Below, one piece after another: positions 48,320-59,735 of a stretch of DNA of 64,000 nt (position 1 is the stretch's first letter; each line of letters begins with the position of its first letter). The stretch covers positions 3,481 through 67,480 of the forward strand of contig CAVUND010000018.1 of NCBI GenBank assembly GCA_963742745.1. Direction: 5' to 3'. Position numbers and translations under genes: made by a program. Source of the DNA: an uncultured Actinomycetes bacterium. Lineage in GTDB: Bacteria; Actinomycetota; Thermoleophilia; Solirubrobacterales; Solirubrobacteraceae. The notes under the pieces were generated by a model. It was given only the letters and a program-made list of their open reading frames with translations, searched no databases and was not told the origin of the DNA.

Positions 48320-49353
48320 GTGAGCGATTCGCAGGCAGCGGCACCCGTCCCGCTGACGTCCCTCGCCCACGGCGCGGGCTGCGGCTGCAAGCTGCCGGCG
48401 GCGTCCCTGCTGCCGATCGTCCGTGGCCTGCCGGCCGTCGCCGACCCGCGGCTGCTCGTGGGCTCCAACACCGCCGACGACGCCGCGGTGTTCAAGTTGA
48501 CCGACGAGATCGCGCTCGTGATGACGATCGACTTCTTCACGCCGATCGTCGACGACCCCTACGACTTCGGGCGGATCGCGGCGGCGAACGCGCTGTCGGA
48601 CGTCTACGCGATGGGCGGGGTGCCGTTGGCGGCGATGAACGTCGTGGCGTTTCCGCTCGAGCGGCTCGGCGGCGACGTGCTGCGCGAGATCCTGCGCGGT
48701 GGCGCGGACATCGCCACCGAGGCCGGCATCGCCGTCGTCGGCGGGCACTCGATCGACGATGCCGAGCCGAAGTACGGGATGTCGGTCACCGGCACGGTGC
48801 ATCCCGACGAGCTCATCTCCAACGCCGGCGCGTGCGTGGGTGACGTGCTGGTCCTCACCAAGCCGCTCGGCGTCGGCGCGATCACGACGTCTCGCAAGCG
48901 CGGCAACCGCGACGACGAGCTCTTGGCGCGCGGCGTGGCGACGATGACCGCGCTCAACGACACGGCCTCCGCCGCGGCGCGCGCGGCCGGCGCCCACGCG
49001 ATGACCGACGTCACCGGCTTCGGGCTGCTCGGCCACCTGCACTCGCTCGGGCGCGCGAGCGCCGTCGCCGCGGAGATCGACGCGGCGTCCGTGCCGGCGA
49101 TCGACGGCGTGCTCGCGCTGCTCGAGGGCGACGACGCCGTCTCGGGCGGCAGCCGCCGCAACCGCGAGTACGCCGAGACGTTCACGGTCTTCGCGACGCC
49201 GATGTCGCGGAGGCGCGGCGGCGGCTGGTCTGCGACGCCACGACGTCCGGCGGGCTGCTCGTCGCGGTCGCGCCCGAAGCCGCCGCGTCGCTGCCGGGCC
49301 CGATCATCGGCGCGATCGTCGCCGGCGAGCCCGGCGCCATCGCGGTGCGATGA
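48320..49353 (+). CDS. selD: Selenide, water dikinase (Cys form), with an apparent one-base deletion near 49190-49198
   Basis: Motifs: LTSLAHGAGCGCKLP ... DDAAVF ... TIDFFTPIVDDPYDFGRIAAANALSDVYAMGG ... VVGGHSIDD ... MTDVTGFGLLGH ... GGSRRNREYAETF. The sequence then continues in the next frame as DADVAEARRRLVCDATTSGGLLVAVAPEAA ... IAVR, with a stop at 49351-49353. Length is 1034 nt, which is 3n-1. Confidence 0.88.
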
Positions 49354-49379
49354 TCGCCGTGCACGGGCACCACCTGCCT

Positions 49380-49470
49380 GGAGCGGCCCGGGCCCGGTGG
49401 CCCATCCGGTCTTCAAAACCGGCGGGGCGCGGCACACCGCGCTGGAAGGTTCGACTCCTTCGCCGTTCCG
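49380..49470 (+). tRNA. selC: tRNA-Sec (anticodon TCA)
   Basis: Structure read from the sequence: 8-bp acceptor GGAGCGGC/GCCGTTCC with one G-U pair; D stem GGGCC/GGCCC with a 4-nt loop; anticodon stem CCGGT/ACCGG with loop CT-TCA-AA; long variable arm GCGCGG-CACA-CCGCGC; T arm GAAGG-TTCGACT-CCTTC; discriminator G. No CCA is encoded. Confidence 0.93.
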
Positions 49471-49471
49471 T

Positions 49472-50779
49472 ATGAGCGACCACGACCGGCTGCGCGCGCT
49501 TCCCTCCGTCGACAAGCTGGCGACGATGGTCGCCCGCGCCGAGCTGCAGGCGCGGCGGGCGGATCTGCTCGACGGCGGCGCCGCGGCGGCCGACGACGAA
49601 CAGGTCGACCTCGTCGCCCGGGCACGGGCCCGCCTCAGACCGCACCTGCGGCGCGTGCTCAACGCGACGGGCGTCGTCGTCCACACGAACCTCGGCCGCG
49701 CCCCGCTCGCCGTCGAGGCGCAGGCCGCGGTGGCGGCGGTCGCCGGCGGCTACAGCAACCTCGAGCTCGACCTCGCCAGCGGCGAGCGCGGCTCGCGTCA
49801 TGCCCACGTCGAGGAGCTCCTGAAAGAGCTCACCGGCGCGGAGGCGGCGATGGCGGTCAACAACTGCGCCGCGGCGGTGCTGCTGGCCTGCGCCGCGCTC
49901 GCCGCAGGCCGCGACACCGTCGTCTCGCGCGGGCAGCTGATCGAGATCGGCGGCGGCTTCCGCATCCCCGAGGTGCTCGCCGCCGCCGGCACGCGGCTCG
50001 TCGAGGTGGGCACGACGAACCGCACCCGCCGCGCCGACTACGAGAGGGCGCTCGCTGCCGGAGGCGAGAGCGTCGGCGCGATCCTGCGGGCACATCCCTC
50101 CAACTTCCGCACGCTGGGCTTCGTCGAGGAGGTCGAGATCGAGGCGCTCTGCGAGCTCGGCGTGCCCATCATCGACGACGTCGGCTCGGGCGTGCTGACC
50201 GAGGACCTCGAGTTGCTCGCCGGCGAGCCGCCGGTGCGCCGGTCGGTCCGCGCCGGCGCGGCGCTCACGGCGTTCTCGGGCGACAAGCTGCTCGGCGGCC
50301 CGCAGGCGGGGCTGCTCGTCGGCACGCGCGCCGCGATCGAGGCCTGCCGCCGCCATCCGCTCGCGCGGGCCGTGCGGATCGACAAGCTCTCGCTCGCCGC
50401 GCTCGAGGCGACGCTCGCCCTGCATCGCGACCCGGCGGCGGCGCGGCGCGCGTTGCCGGTGCTCGCGATGCTCGAGGCCGACGCCGGGACGCTGACCCGG
50501 CGCGCGGAGGAGCTGGCCACCGCGACCGGCGGCACGCTCGTCGCTTCGACCGCGCGCGTCGGCGGCGGCGCGCTGCCGCTGCTCGAGCTGCCGGGGCCGG
50601 CGGTCGCGATCGACCCCGGCCCCGCCGGCGCCGACGCGCTCGCCGCAGCCCTGCGGGCCGGCGATCCCGCCGTCGTGGGCCGCATTCACGACGGCCGCCT
50701 CCTGCTCGACCCGCGCACGCTGACCGACAACGAGGCGCGTGAGGTGGCGCGCGCGGTGCGCGCCGTCCTCGCGCCGTGA
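49472..50779 (+). CDS. selA: L-seryl-tRNA(Sec) selenium transferase
   Basis: Motifs: [17 protein letters not shown] ... [20 protein letters not shown] ... [16 protein letters not shown] ... [10 protein letters not shown] ... [19 protein letters not shown] ... [14 protein letters not shown] (PLP lysine) ... [14 protein letters not shown]. Confidence 0.92.
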   Translation: MSDHDRLRALPSVDKLATMVARAELQARRADLLDGGAAAADDEQVDLVARARARLRPHLRRVLNATGVVVHTNLGRAPLAVEAQAAVAAVAGGYSNLELDLASGERGSRHAHVEELLKELTGAEAAMAVNNCAAAVLLACAALAAGRDTVVSRGQLIEIGGGFRIPEVLAAAGTRLVEVGTTNRTRRADYERALAAGGESVGAILRAHPSNFRTLGFVEEVEIEALCELGVPIIDDVGSGVLTEDLELLAGEPPVRRSVRAGAALTAFSGDKLLGGPQAGLLVGTRAAIEACRRHPLARAVRIDKLSLAALEATLALHRDPAAARRALPVLAMLEADAGTLTRRAEELATATGGTLVASTARVGGGALPLLELPGPAVAIDPGPAGADALAAALRAGDPAVVGRIHDGRLLLDPRTLTDNEAREVARAVRAVLAP

Positions 50780-52290
50780 GCGAGGAGCACGCGGCGGCCC
50801 TGACGCTCGGGACCGCCGGCCACATCGACCACGGCAAGACCGCGCTCGTGCGCGCGCTCACCGGCGTGGACACCGATCGCCTGCCCCAGGAGCAGGCGCG
50901 CGGTATGTCGATCGAGCTCGGGTTCGCGCCGTTGCTGCTGCCCGGGGGCCGGCGCGTCTCGGTCGTCGACGTGCCGGGCCACGAGCGCTTCGTACGCACG
51001 ATGGTGGCCGGGGCGACCGGGATCGACTTCCACCTCATGGTCGTCGCCGCCGACGACGGCGTGATGCCGCAGACCCTCGAGCACGCGGAGGTGCTCGCGG
51101 CGCTGGGGATCGATCAGGGCGTCGTCGCGATCACGAAGTGCGACCGCGCGTCCCCCGAGCGCGCCGCCGCGGAGGCCGCCGAGCTGTTTGCCGATGCCGA
51201 GATCGTGGCGTGCTCGGCGCGCACCGGCCACGGCGTGGCGGACGTCGCGGCGGCGCTGGAGCGCGCCGCGGCGCGGGTCACGTCGCAGGCCGAGCGCCAC
51301 CGCGACGGCCCGGCCGTGCTGCACATCGACCGCGCGTTCACGATCCACGGGGCCGGCACGGTCGTCACCGGGACGCTGTGGTCCGGCAGCCTGGCGGTGG
51401 GCGACACGCCGACCCTGCTGCCCGCGCAGCGGCCCGTCCGCGTCCGGTCGCTGCAGGTGCACGACGAGCCGGCCGAGCGGGCGCACGCGGGCCAGCGCGT
51501 GGCCGTCAACCTCGCCGGGATCGCGCGGCGCGACGTCGCTCGCGGCGACGCGCTCGCCGACCCGATGGCGGGGGTCGTGCCGACGCAGGTCGTCGACGCG
51601 GTGCTCGACCTGCGCGGCGAGCTGCGCGCCCGGCGGGTCATGGCCCACCACGGCACGCGAGCGGTGCCGGCGCGGCTGGTGGCGCTCGGCGACGCCCTGT
51701 GGCAGCTGCGCCTGGAGGCGCCGCTGCTCGCCGCCGCGGGCGATCGGCTCGTCGTGCGCTCGGTCGCGCCGCCCGACACGCTCGGCGGCGGCACTGTGAT
51801 CGATCCGGGCGCCCGCCGCCACGGTCGCCGCCCGGACGTGGTGGCGCGCCTGCAGCGGCTGCGGCGCGGTGAACCGGAGCCGGAGCCCGCTGCCGACGCT
51901 GCCCGCGCGGCGCCGGCGGCGGCCCCGCCGGGCCCCCCGCTGGAACCCGAGGCGATCGAGCTCGCCGGGCGGCTGCTCGCGGCCGGCCACGAGCCGCCCT
52001 CGCGCGCGGACCTGGGCGCCGCGGCAGCGCACCTGCCCAAGCTCGTCCAGGCGGGCCTCGCCGTGCGCATCGGCCGCGACCTCTACGCGCACCGCGACGC
52101 CATCGCGGCCGTCAAGGATCGCGTCGGCGCGATCATCGCCGACGAGGACGCGATCACGCTCGCGCGGCTGCGCGACGAGCTCGGCACATCGCGCAAGTAC
52201 GCCGAGGCGCTGCTCGAGCACCTCGACCAGGCACGCTTCACCAAGCGCCTGCCCGACGACCGGCGAGTGCTGCGCCGCCGCGCGGGCTGA
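50776..52290 (+). CDS. selB: Selenocysteine-specific translation elongation factor
   Basis: GTG is in a GTGA overlap with the selA stop. Motifs: [14 protein letters not shown] ... DVPGHERF ... AITKCD. C-terminal winged-helix region: [25 protein letters not shown]. Confidence 0.92.
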   Translation: MSEEHAAALTLGTAGHIDHGKTALVRALTGVDTDRLPQEQARGMSIELGFAPLLLPGGRRVSVVDVPGHERFVRTMVAGATGIDFHLMVVAADDGVMPQTLEHAEVLAALGIDQGVVAITKCDRASPERAAAEAAELFADAEIVACSARTGHGVADVAAALERAAARVTSQAERHRDGPAVLHIDRAFTIHGAGTVVTGTLWSGSLAVGDTPTLLPAQRPVRVRSLQVHDEPAERAHAGQRVAVNLAGIARRDVARGDALADPMAGVVPTQVVDAVLDLRGELRARRVMAHHGTRAVPARLVALGDALWQLRLEAPLLAAAGDRLVVRSVAPPDTLGGGTVIDPGARRHGRRPDVVARLQRLRRGEPEPEPAADAARAAPAAAPPGPPLEPEAIELAGRLLAAGHEPPSRADLGAAAAHLPKLVQAGLAVRIGRDLYAHRDAIAAVKDRVGAIIADEDAITLARLRDELGTSRKYAEALLEHLDQARFTKRLPDDRRVLRRRAG

Positions 52291-52360
52291 GCTCGCAATC
52301 CCGGGCGGGACCTCGCACGTAGTACGTGTGACGGCATCGTTGCGCTCGAGGGCGTCGACC

Positions 52361-52941
52361 ATGAAGCTTCGCGTGGCTGTTGGTGCGTGTCTCGCCTTCG
52401 CGGTATTCGCCGGCGCATTGCCGGCGGCTGCGGCGTCGCGTCCCAGGCAACCCGACAAGACGGCGCCGACGGTGCCGACGAACCTGCGGATCACTGCGGC
52501 GACCGAGGACTCGATGAGCGTCGCGTGGACTGCGTCGACGGACAACTCGGGCGCCATCCACCACTACGTGACCTGCTACTCGGGCTGGTTGATCCCGTCC
52601 CCCGGCTACTGCATCTGGGGCTCGCCCGTACCGCCCGCGAAGACCGTCACCGGTCTGGTGCCGGGCAAGGAGTTCGCCTTCCGCGTCAAGGCCGTCGACG
52701 CGGCCGGCAACGAGTCGGCGCTGAGCAGCCCGGTGACCGGGAGCACCGCGGCGGACGTGACGGCGCCGACGGCGCCTCCGGGTTTCGAGAGCCGCGTGCT
52801 CGACGCGCTGGTGCCGGCTCCTCCCCTGCCCCCCGCCGCCGCCGGCGGCTGGTCGCGGCGCTCGCCGCCACCGCTGTGCTGGAACGAGCCGGCGGCCGGT
52901 ACCTCTCCCCCGCGGAGCTGCGCGCGCAGCTGCGGCGCTGA
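52361..52941 (+). CDS. Secreted fibronectin type III domain protein; 3' end uncertain
   Basis: Signal: MKLRVAVGACLAFAVFAGALPAAAA. FN3-like region: PTNLRITAATEDSMSVAWTASTDNSGAIHHY ... LVPGKEFAFRVKAVDAAGNES. After about 52790 the frame becomes Pro/Arg-rich and would run 170 nt into the next gene. Another frame stops at 52941. Confidence 0.55.
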
Positions 52942-53003
52942 GCACGCGTCCCTACGCGCGGGCACGCTGGACGTGCGTTGGCCGGCGTGGCACGCTGGCG
53001 CGA

Positions 53004-53384
53004 ATGGCCCACCCGATCGTCAGCACGCCCCGGCTCGAAGCCGCGATGGAGCACATCCGCCCGGTCGCCCTCGCGCTTCCGGGCGTGGTCGAGCGCCTGT
53101 CGCACGGCTCCCCGACGTTCTTCACCGCGGCGGGTCCCAAGGGCCGCACGTTCGCCTCCGTGCACGACGAGCGTGAGTGGCGCGAGGGACGGCTGTGCCT
53201 GTGGGCGGCCGGCCCGCGAGAGCTGCAGGAGGCGCTGGTCAGCGGGGCGCCTGAGCGCTTCTTCGTGCCGCCGTACGTCGGGCACCGCGGCTGGGTCGGC
53301 CTGCGCCTGGACCTCCCCCCGGTGGACTGGGACGAGGTCGCGGGCGTCATCGAGGACGCCCACGCCTACGTCGTGGACCGCTGA
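53004..53384 (+). CDS. MmcQ/YjbR-family protein
   Basis: Translation: IRPVALALPGVVERLSHGSPTFFTAAGPKGRTFASV ... FFVPPYVGHRGWVGLRLD. Confidence 0.7.
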   Translation: MAHPIVSTPRLEAAMEHIRPVALALPGVVERLSHGSPTFFTAAGPKGRTFASVHDEREWREGRLCLWAAGPRELQEALVSGAPERFFVPPYVGHRGWVGLRLDLPPVDWDEVAGVIEDAHAYVVDR

Positions 53385-53418
53385 GCGGCGGGGTCGCCCC
53401 GGCGCCGCGACGCGAATC

Positions 53419-54591
53419 CTAGATGCGCTGGATGAGCGTCCCGGTCCCCAGCCCGCCGCCGCAGCACATCGTCACGAGGCCGGTCTCCTTGTCGGAGCGC
53501 TCGAGCTCGTGCAGCAGCGTCGTCAGCAGCCGCGCGCCGGTCGAGCCGAGCGGGTGGCCGAGCGCCATCGCGCCGCCGTTGACGTTGACGCGCTCCGAGT
53601 CGGGTGCAAGCTCGCGCTGCCAGGCAGCGACGACCGACGCGAACGCCTCGTTGATCTCGATGAGGTCGATGTCGCCGATCGTCATCCCGTTGCGCTCGAG
53701 CAGCTTGCGCGTCGCCGGGATCGGGCCGGTCAGCATCGTCACCGGATCGACGCCGACCGTCGTCTGGTCGACGATCCGCGCGCGCGGCGTGAGGCCGAGC
53801 GCGTCGGCCTTCTCGCGTGACATCAGCAGCACGGCCGCGGCGCCGTCGGAGATCTGCGACGAAGTCGCCGCCGTGATTCGGCCGTCGGGCTTGAAGGCCG
53901 GCTTGAGCTGGGCGATCGTCTCGAGGTTCGTGTCGGGCCGGATGCCCTGGTCGGTGTAGCGCGTGTCGCCGTTGGTCTGGAAGGGGACGATCTCGCGCTC
54001 GAAGCGGCCCTCCTCGGTCGCCTGGTGGGCGAGCCGGTGCGAGCGCACGGCGAGCTCGTCGAGCTCGGAGCGCGGGATCTCCCACTGCTCGGCGATCATC
54101 TCGGCGCCCAGCCCCTGCGGGACGAGGTTGTGCTTCTCCATCAGCGCGGGCGGCCACGGCGTGCCGACCTGCTCCATGAACTGAAAGCCGACGCCCATCG
54201 GGATGCGGCCGAGGTGCTCGACGCCCGACCCGATCACGACGTCGTGCACGCCGGCGGCGATCAGCGCGGCACCGAAGTTCACGGCCTGCTGCGCGGAGCC
54301 GCACTGGCGGTCGACCGTCGTGGCGGCGGCCTCGATCGGCAGCCCGGCCTGCAGCCAGGCGTTGCGCGCGACGTTCCAGGACTGCTCGCCGATCTGCTGC
54401 ACGCACCCGGCGATGACGTCCTCGACCTCGGCGGGGTCGATGCCGGCGCGCTGGATGACCTCGGTGAAGCAGGTCCCCAACAGCTCGTTGGGGTGCGTGT
54501 CCCTGTAGTAGCCCTTCTCAGGATGTCCGCGGCCGATCGGCGTCCGGACGGCTTCGACGATGACGACCTCGCGGCCTTGCTGTGCGCTCAT
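53419..54591 (-). CDS. Acetyl-CoA C-acyltransferase (thiolase)
   Basis: Motifs: VVIVEAVRTPIGRG ... VDRQCGSAQQAV ... NEAFASV ... NVNGGAMALGHPLGSTGARL ... MCCGGGLGTG. ATG at 54591 is preferred over the TTG at 54630. Confidence 0.92.
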   Translation of the reverse strand: MSAQQGREVVIVEAVRTPIGRGHPEKGYYRDTHPNELLGTCFTEVIQRAGIDPAEVEDVIAGCVQQIGEQSWNVARNAWLQAGLPIEAAATTVDRQCGSAQQAVNFGAALIAAGVHDVVIGSGVEHLGRIPMGVGFQFMEQVGTPWPPALMEKHNLVPQGLGAEMIAEQWEIPRSELDELAVRSHRLAHQATEEGRFEREIVPFQTNGDTRYTDQGIRPDTNLETIAQLKPAFKPDGRITAATSSQISDGAAAVLLMSREKADALGLTPRARIVDQTTVGVDPVTMLTGPIPATRKLLERNGMTIGDIDLIEINEAFASVVAAWQRELAPDSERVNVNGGAMALGHPLGSTGARLLTTLLHELERSDKETGLVTMCCGGGLGTGTLIQRI

Positions 54592-54662
54592 CCCAACAAG
54601 GCTAAGGTACGCGACCGACTGGCGAGTCAATCGTGCTCAGACGAGCACTAGGGGAGGATGAC

Positions 54663-55472
54663 GTGGGAGAGAAGCTGGGAATCGCCGGCAGCGGCGCGAT
54701 CGCGAGCGGCGTGGCCGCCTGCGCGGCTATGAGTCCGGGCCATCTGCTGTGGGCGCGATCCGACGCGTCGGCGGCGCGCGCGACGAAGGCGATCGCCAAG
54801 GCCTGCGAGCGCCTGGGCGAGGACTACGACGCGGGCAACGTCACCGTGACGACCGACTTCGACGCGCTGGGGAACGCGACGTTCCTCGTCGAGGCGATCT
54901 CCGAGGACATGGCGGCCAAGAGCGAGCTGCTGGGGCGCCTCGGCGCGCTCGCAGGCGACGACGCGGTGCTGAGCACGACGACCTCCTCGCTATCGGTCTC
55001 CGAGCTGGCGGCCGCGTCGGGGATCGCCGAGCGGTTCGTCGGCCTGCACGTGTTCAACCCGGTCCCGCGGATGAAGCTCGTCGAGCTGGCCTATCCCGAC
55101 GCGGCGACGCAGGCCACGCGCGAGCGCGCCGTGGCGCTCTGCGAGGCGCTCGGCAAGGAGCCGGTCGACGTGCCCGACCTCGCGGGCTTCGTCGTCAACC
55201 GGCTGCTGTTTCCCTACCTCTTCAGCGCGGTCGACTTCATGGAGGCGACGGGCCTGCCGCCGGCGTCGGTCGACACGTGCATGCAGCTCGGCGCCGCGCA
55301 CCCGATGGGGCCGATCGCACTGCTGGACTACATCGGGCTCGACGTCTCGGTGGCGATCGGCGACGCGATCGGCGCCGACGTGCCACAGTCGCTGCGCGAT
55401 CTCTGCGCGGAGGGCGCGCTCGGCCGCAAGGCCGGCCGCGGTCTGTATCCGCCGGAGTTCTACGCTCGCTGA
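54663..55472 (+). CDS. 3-hydroxyacyl-CoA dehydrogenase
   Basis: GTG at 54663 follows GGGGAGGA. Motifs: LGIAGSGAIASG ... TSSLSV ... GLHVFNPVPRMKLVE ... GFVVNRLLFPYL ... HPMGPIALLDYIGLD. Confidence 0.88.
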   Translation: MGEKLGIAGSGAIASGVAACAAMSPGHLLWARSDASAARATKAIAKACERLGEDYDAGNVTVTTDFDALGNATFLVEAISEDMAAKSELLGRLGALAGDDAVLSTTTSSLSVSELAAASGIAERFVGLHVFNPVPRMKLVELAYPDAATQATRERAVALCEALGKEPVDVPDLAGFVVNRLLFPYLFSAVDFMEATGLPPASVDTCMQLGAAHPMGPIALLDYIGLDVSVAIGDAIGADVPQSLRDLCAEGALGRKAGRGLYPPEFYAR

Positions 55473-55503
55473 CGCACCGCCGTGCGCACATCCGCCCGAA
55501 AGC

Positions 55504-55541
55504 ACACGACGGGCCCGCGGTGAGCGGGCCCGTCGTGTTTT
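55504..55541 (+). terminator. Rho-independent terminator
   Basis: Perfect 15-bp stem ACACGACGGGCCCGC / GCGGGCCCGTCGTGT, with loop GGTGA, followed by TTTG. It starts 32 nt after the dehydrogenase stop. Confidence 0.8.
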
Positions 55542-55686
55542 GTGGCTTCGGCGGACCCACCCCGGCCCACCTTGCCGGGCCACCGCCTTCCCACGGGCGG
55601 GGCGTACAGCACATAACGCAGCGGCGCCGCGGAACTTGCGCCAACACGGCGCGCGGCACGACGTTGTTCGCCTGCACGACCGCAGA

Positions 55687-56307
55687 TCAGTTTCCGGTCG
55701 CCTGAGCGGCGGCGTCGTGCGTGCTGTCGTAGTGCGTGCTCAGCACCGAGTCCAGCAGCACCCCGCGCTCGATCGTCGCGCGCAGGCGTGAGACGAACTC
55801 CGGCTTGACGAAGCCCGCCAGCGGCTGGGCGACGCGGTCGTGCTCGAAGAGCGCCGCGAGCGCGATCGCGTCCCATCGTTCGGCGTAGCGCAGGACGTCG
55901 CCGGGCAAGGCCTGGGTGCGATCGGTGTCCTCCTCGGGCACGCAATCAAACGGCGCATCGAGGTTCAGCGACCCGTAGTCGTCGGTGAGTTGTTCGCCCG
56001 GCGCGATGTCGCGGCCGGCGATCTCCAGATCCCACGCCGTCGAGATGCACGACGGGTGGAAGCTGTGGTTGACGAAGCGCCCCAGGTCCCAGCAGAGCAC
56101 GTAGTCGCCGCGCTGATCGCGAAACGCGTACTCGAGCACCTGCGCCCGGCGGAGGTCGTCGAGCGCGGCGACCCGCTGCCTCGACAGGACGATGTCGAGG
56201 TCGTCCTGGACCCAGACGATCGTGCCGCGCGGGATCGGTCGTGTGGCAAAGACCCCGAGGCCGATCTCGGGGCTGACGGGGCGCAGTTCGGTATCAGGGT
56301 GGATCAC
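55687..56307 (-). CDS. SET-domain protein (putative lysine methyltransferase)
   Basis: Motifs: GLGVFATRPIPRGTIV ... RFVNHSFHPSC ... GEQLTDDYG. Confidence 0.7.
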   Translation of the reverse strand: MIHPDTELRPVSPEIGLGVFATRPIPRGTIVWVQDDLDIVLSRQRVAALDDLRRAQVLEYAFRDQRGDYVLCWDLGRFVNHSFHPSCISTAWDLEIAGRDIAPGEQLTDDYGSLNLDAPFDCVPEEDTDRTQALPGDVLRYAERWDAIALAALFEHDRVAQPLAGFVKPEFVSRLRATIERGVLLDSVLSTHYDSTHDAAAQATGN

Positions 56308-56338
56308 GGCTCGCTCCAGGCGGTCGGCACGGGATTAG

Positions 56339-57934
<1,596 letters not shown>

Positions 57935-58002
57935 CGAGGGATGTCACGCTCGAGGCCGTTCCCGGTGGATCGGCCACGCTGACACCATGACGTCGAGGTG
58001 GG

Positions 58003-59328
58003 CTACTCGTCCTCCTCCGCCGCGATCGCCGCCGCGTGCGCGCGGCGCTCGCGGATGCGCACCGCCTCGATGCGGTTCTCGCGGACGGACTCGACGCGGA
58101 TCGAGTAGCCGTTGGCGGTGACCGTGTCGCCGCGCTTGGGCAGGCGCCCGAGCCGGGCGAACACGAAGCCGCCGATCGAGTTGTAGGCGTCGCTGTCGAC
58201 GGGCAGGCCGAGGCCGTAGTCGGCGAGGTCGGTGATCGCGACGTGGCCGCGCACGTACCAGTCGCCGTTGGCGAGCTGGCGCACGTCGCCGCCGGCGGGG
58301 TCGGTCTCGTCGTCGATCTCGCCGACGATCTCCTCGATGATGTCCTCGACGGTGACGATCCCGGCGACGCGGCCGTACTCGTCGATGACGACGGCCATCG
58401 TCGAGCGGTTGCGCTGCAGGTCGGCGAGCAGGTCGTCCAGCGGCTTGGTCTCCGGCACGATCGTGGCCGGCTTGATCGCGGGCTCGATCGAGGCGTCGGT
58501 GCCCTCGGCCATGAGGATCCGCGCGAGCGAGTTGGAGTGCACGACGCCCTTGACGCGGTCGGGGTTGTGGTCCTCGGTGACGGGCAGTCGCGTGTGCCCG
58601 GTCGAGATGCAGCGCCGCAGCGCCGTGCCGACGTCCTCGGAGATGTCGACGGTGACGACGGCGGGGATCGGCGTCATGACCTGGCGCGCCTGCTGCTCGT
58701 GGAGGTGGAAGACGCCGCTGAGCATTCCGGCCTCGCCCGGGTCGAGGTGGCCGCCCGCCCGCGCCTGCGCGATGATCGCGCGGACCTCCTCGGGGCTGGC
58801 GCCCTCCTCGAAGTCCGCGTCGCCCTTGATGCCAAGCGGGCGCAGCAGCGCGCTCGAGGCCTTGTTGAGCAGGTGGATGAACGGCCGCATGACCTTGTTG
58901 AAGAGGTCCAGCGGCCGGGCGCACCAGCGCGCCACGCGTTCGGCGTTGACGATCGCGTAGATCTTCGGCACCTGCTCGCCGGCGGTGATGTGGCCGGCGG
59001 TCACGAGGACATAGGCGATCGCGATCGCGACCGGCGCCGCGACGGCGTGCGAGAGCCCGCCGAGCGCCGGCTCGACGAGGTCGGCGATCGCCGGCTCACC
59101 GAGGAAGCCGATACCCAGCGAGGCGAGCGTGATGCCGAACTGGCAGGCCGACAGGTACTCGCTGATGTCGTCGAGCTGCTTGACGACGATCCTGGCCGCG
59201 CGGTCGCCCTCGCCGGCCAGCTCCTCGATCTTGGCGCGTTTGGCGCGCACGAGCGCGAACTCCGCCGCGACGAAGAACCCGTTGAGGAAGATCAGCACGA
59301 TGACCGCGCTGAGCAGGAGCGCGATCAA
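58003..59328 (-). CDS. CNNM/HlyC-CorC family transporter (DUF21-CBS pair-CorC)
   Basis: Motifs: LLSAVIVLIFLNGFFVAAEFALV ... ARQVMTPI ... HTRLPV ... VIDEYGRVAGIVTVEDIIEEIVGEI ... GDTVTANGYSIRVESV. TTG start. Confidence 0.88.
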   Translation of the reverse strand: MIALLLSAVIVLIFLNGFFVAAEFALVRAKRAKIEELAGEGDRAARIVVKQLDDISEYLSACQFGITLASLGIGFLGEPAIADLVEPALGGLSHAVAAPVAIAIAYVLVTAGHITAGEQVPKIYAIVNAERVARWCARPLDLFNKVMRPFIHLLNKASSALLRPLGIKGDADFEEGASPEEVRAIIAQARAGGHLDPGEAGMLSGVFHLHEQQARQVMTPIPAVVTVDISEDVGTALRRCISTGHTRLPVTEDHNPDRVKGVVHSNSLARILMAEGTDASIEPAIKPATIVPETKPLDDLLADLQRNRSTMAVVIDEYGRVAGIVTVEDIIEEIVGEIDDETDPAGGDVRQLANGDWYVRGHVAITDLADYGLGLPVDSDAYNSIGGFVFARLGRLPKRGDTVTANGYSIRVESVRENRIEAVRIRERRAHAAAIAAEEDE

Positions 59329-59456
59329 GAGGGGTGGTTGCGGCCGGGCCTAGGGTGCGGGCCGCGACTTCGAGGTCGTTCGTCGTTCATTGACGCTGCG
59401 TGGGCGAGAGTAGCAGCCGTCCGGGCGAACTCCGCGCGGCTGTGCGCGCTCGGCGC

Positions 59457-59735
59457 TCAGATGAGCCCGTCGATGGTCTGCGCGAGCGCGAAGTCGTTGT
59501 CGGTGATCCCGCCCTCGGAGTGCGTCGACAGGGTCAGGCGCACGTGCTTGTAGTCGTGGACGAGGATGTCGGGATGGTGGTTGGCCTCGTTCGCGGCGTC
59601 GGCGACGGAGTTGGCGAGCGCCATGGCGCCCTTGAAGCCGTCGCACTCGATGTCACGCACGATGCTGTCGCCGTCACGCAGCCACTGGCCGCCGGCCAGG
59701 CGCTCGTCGATGGCTTCGTCGCTGAGTCGTGCCAT
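59457..59735 (-). CDS. 4a-hydroxytetrahydrobiopterin dehydratase (PCD)
   Basis: Motifs: ERLAGGQW ... FKGAMALANSVADAANEANHHPDILVHDYKHVRLTLSTH. Confidence 0.88.
   Translation of the reverse strand: MARLSDEAIDERLAGGQWLRDGDSIVRDIECDGFKGAMALANSVADAANEANHHPDILVHDYKHVRLTLSTHSEGGITDNDFALAQTIDGLI

Noticed and set aside
48320-50779. 819-aa ORF in the track that looks like a SelD-SelA fusion protein
   Set aside because: It exists only because a one-base shift in selD puts the reading frame into one that stays open across the tRNA-Sec gene and joins selA. The SelD C-terminus with its own stop (49353) is present in another frame.
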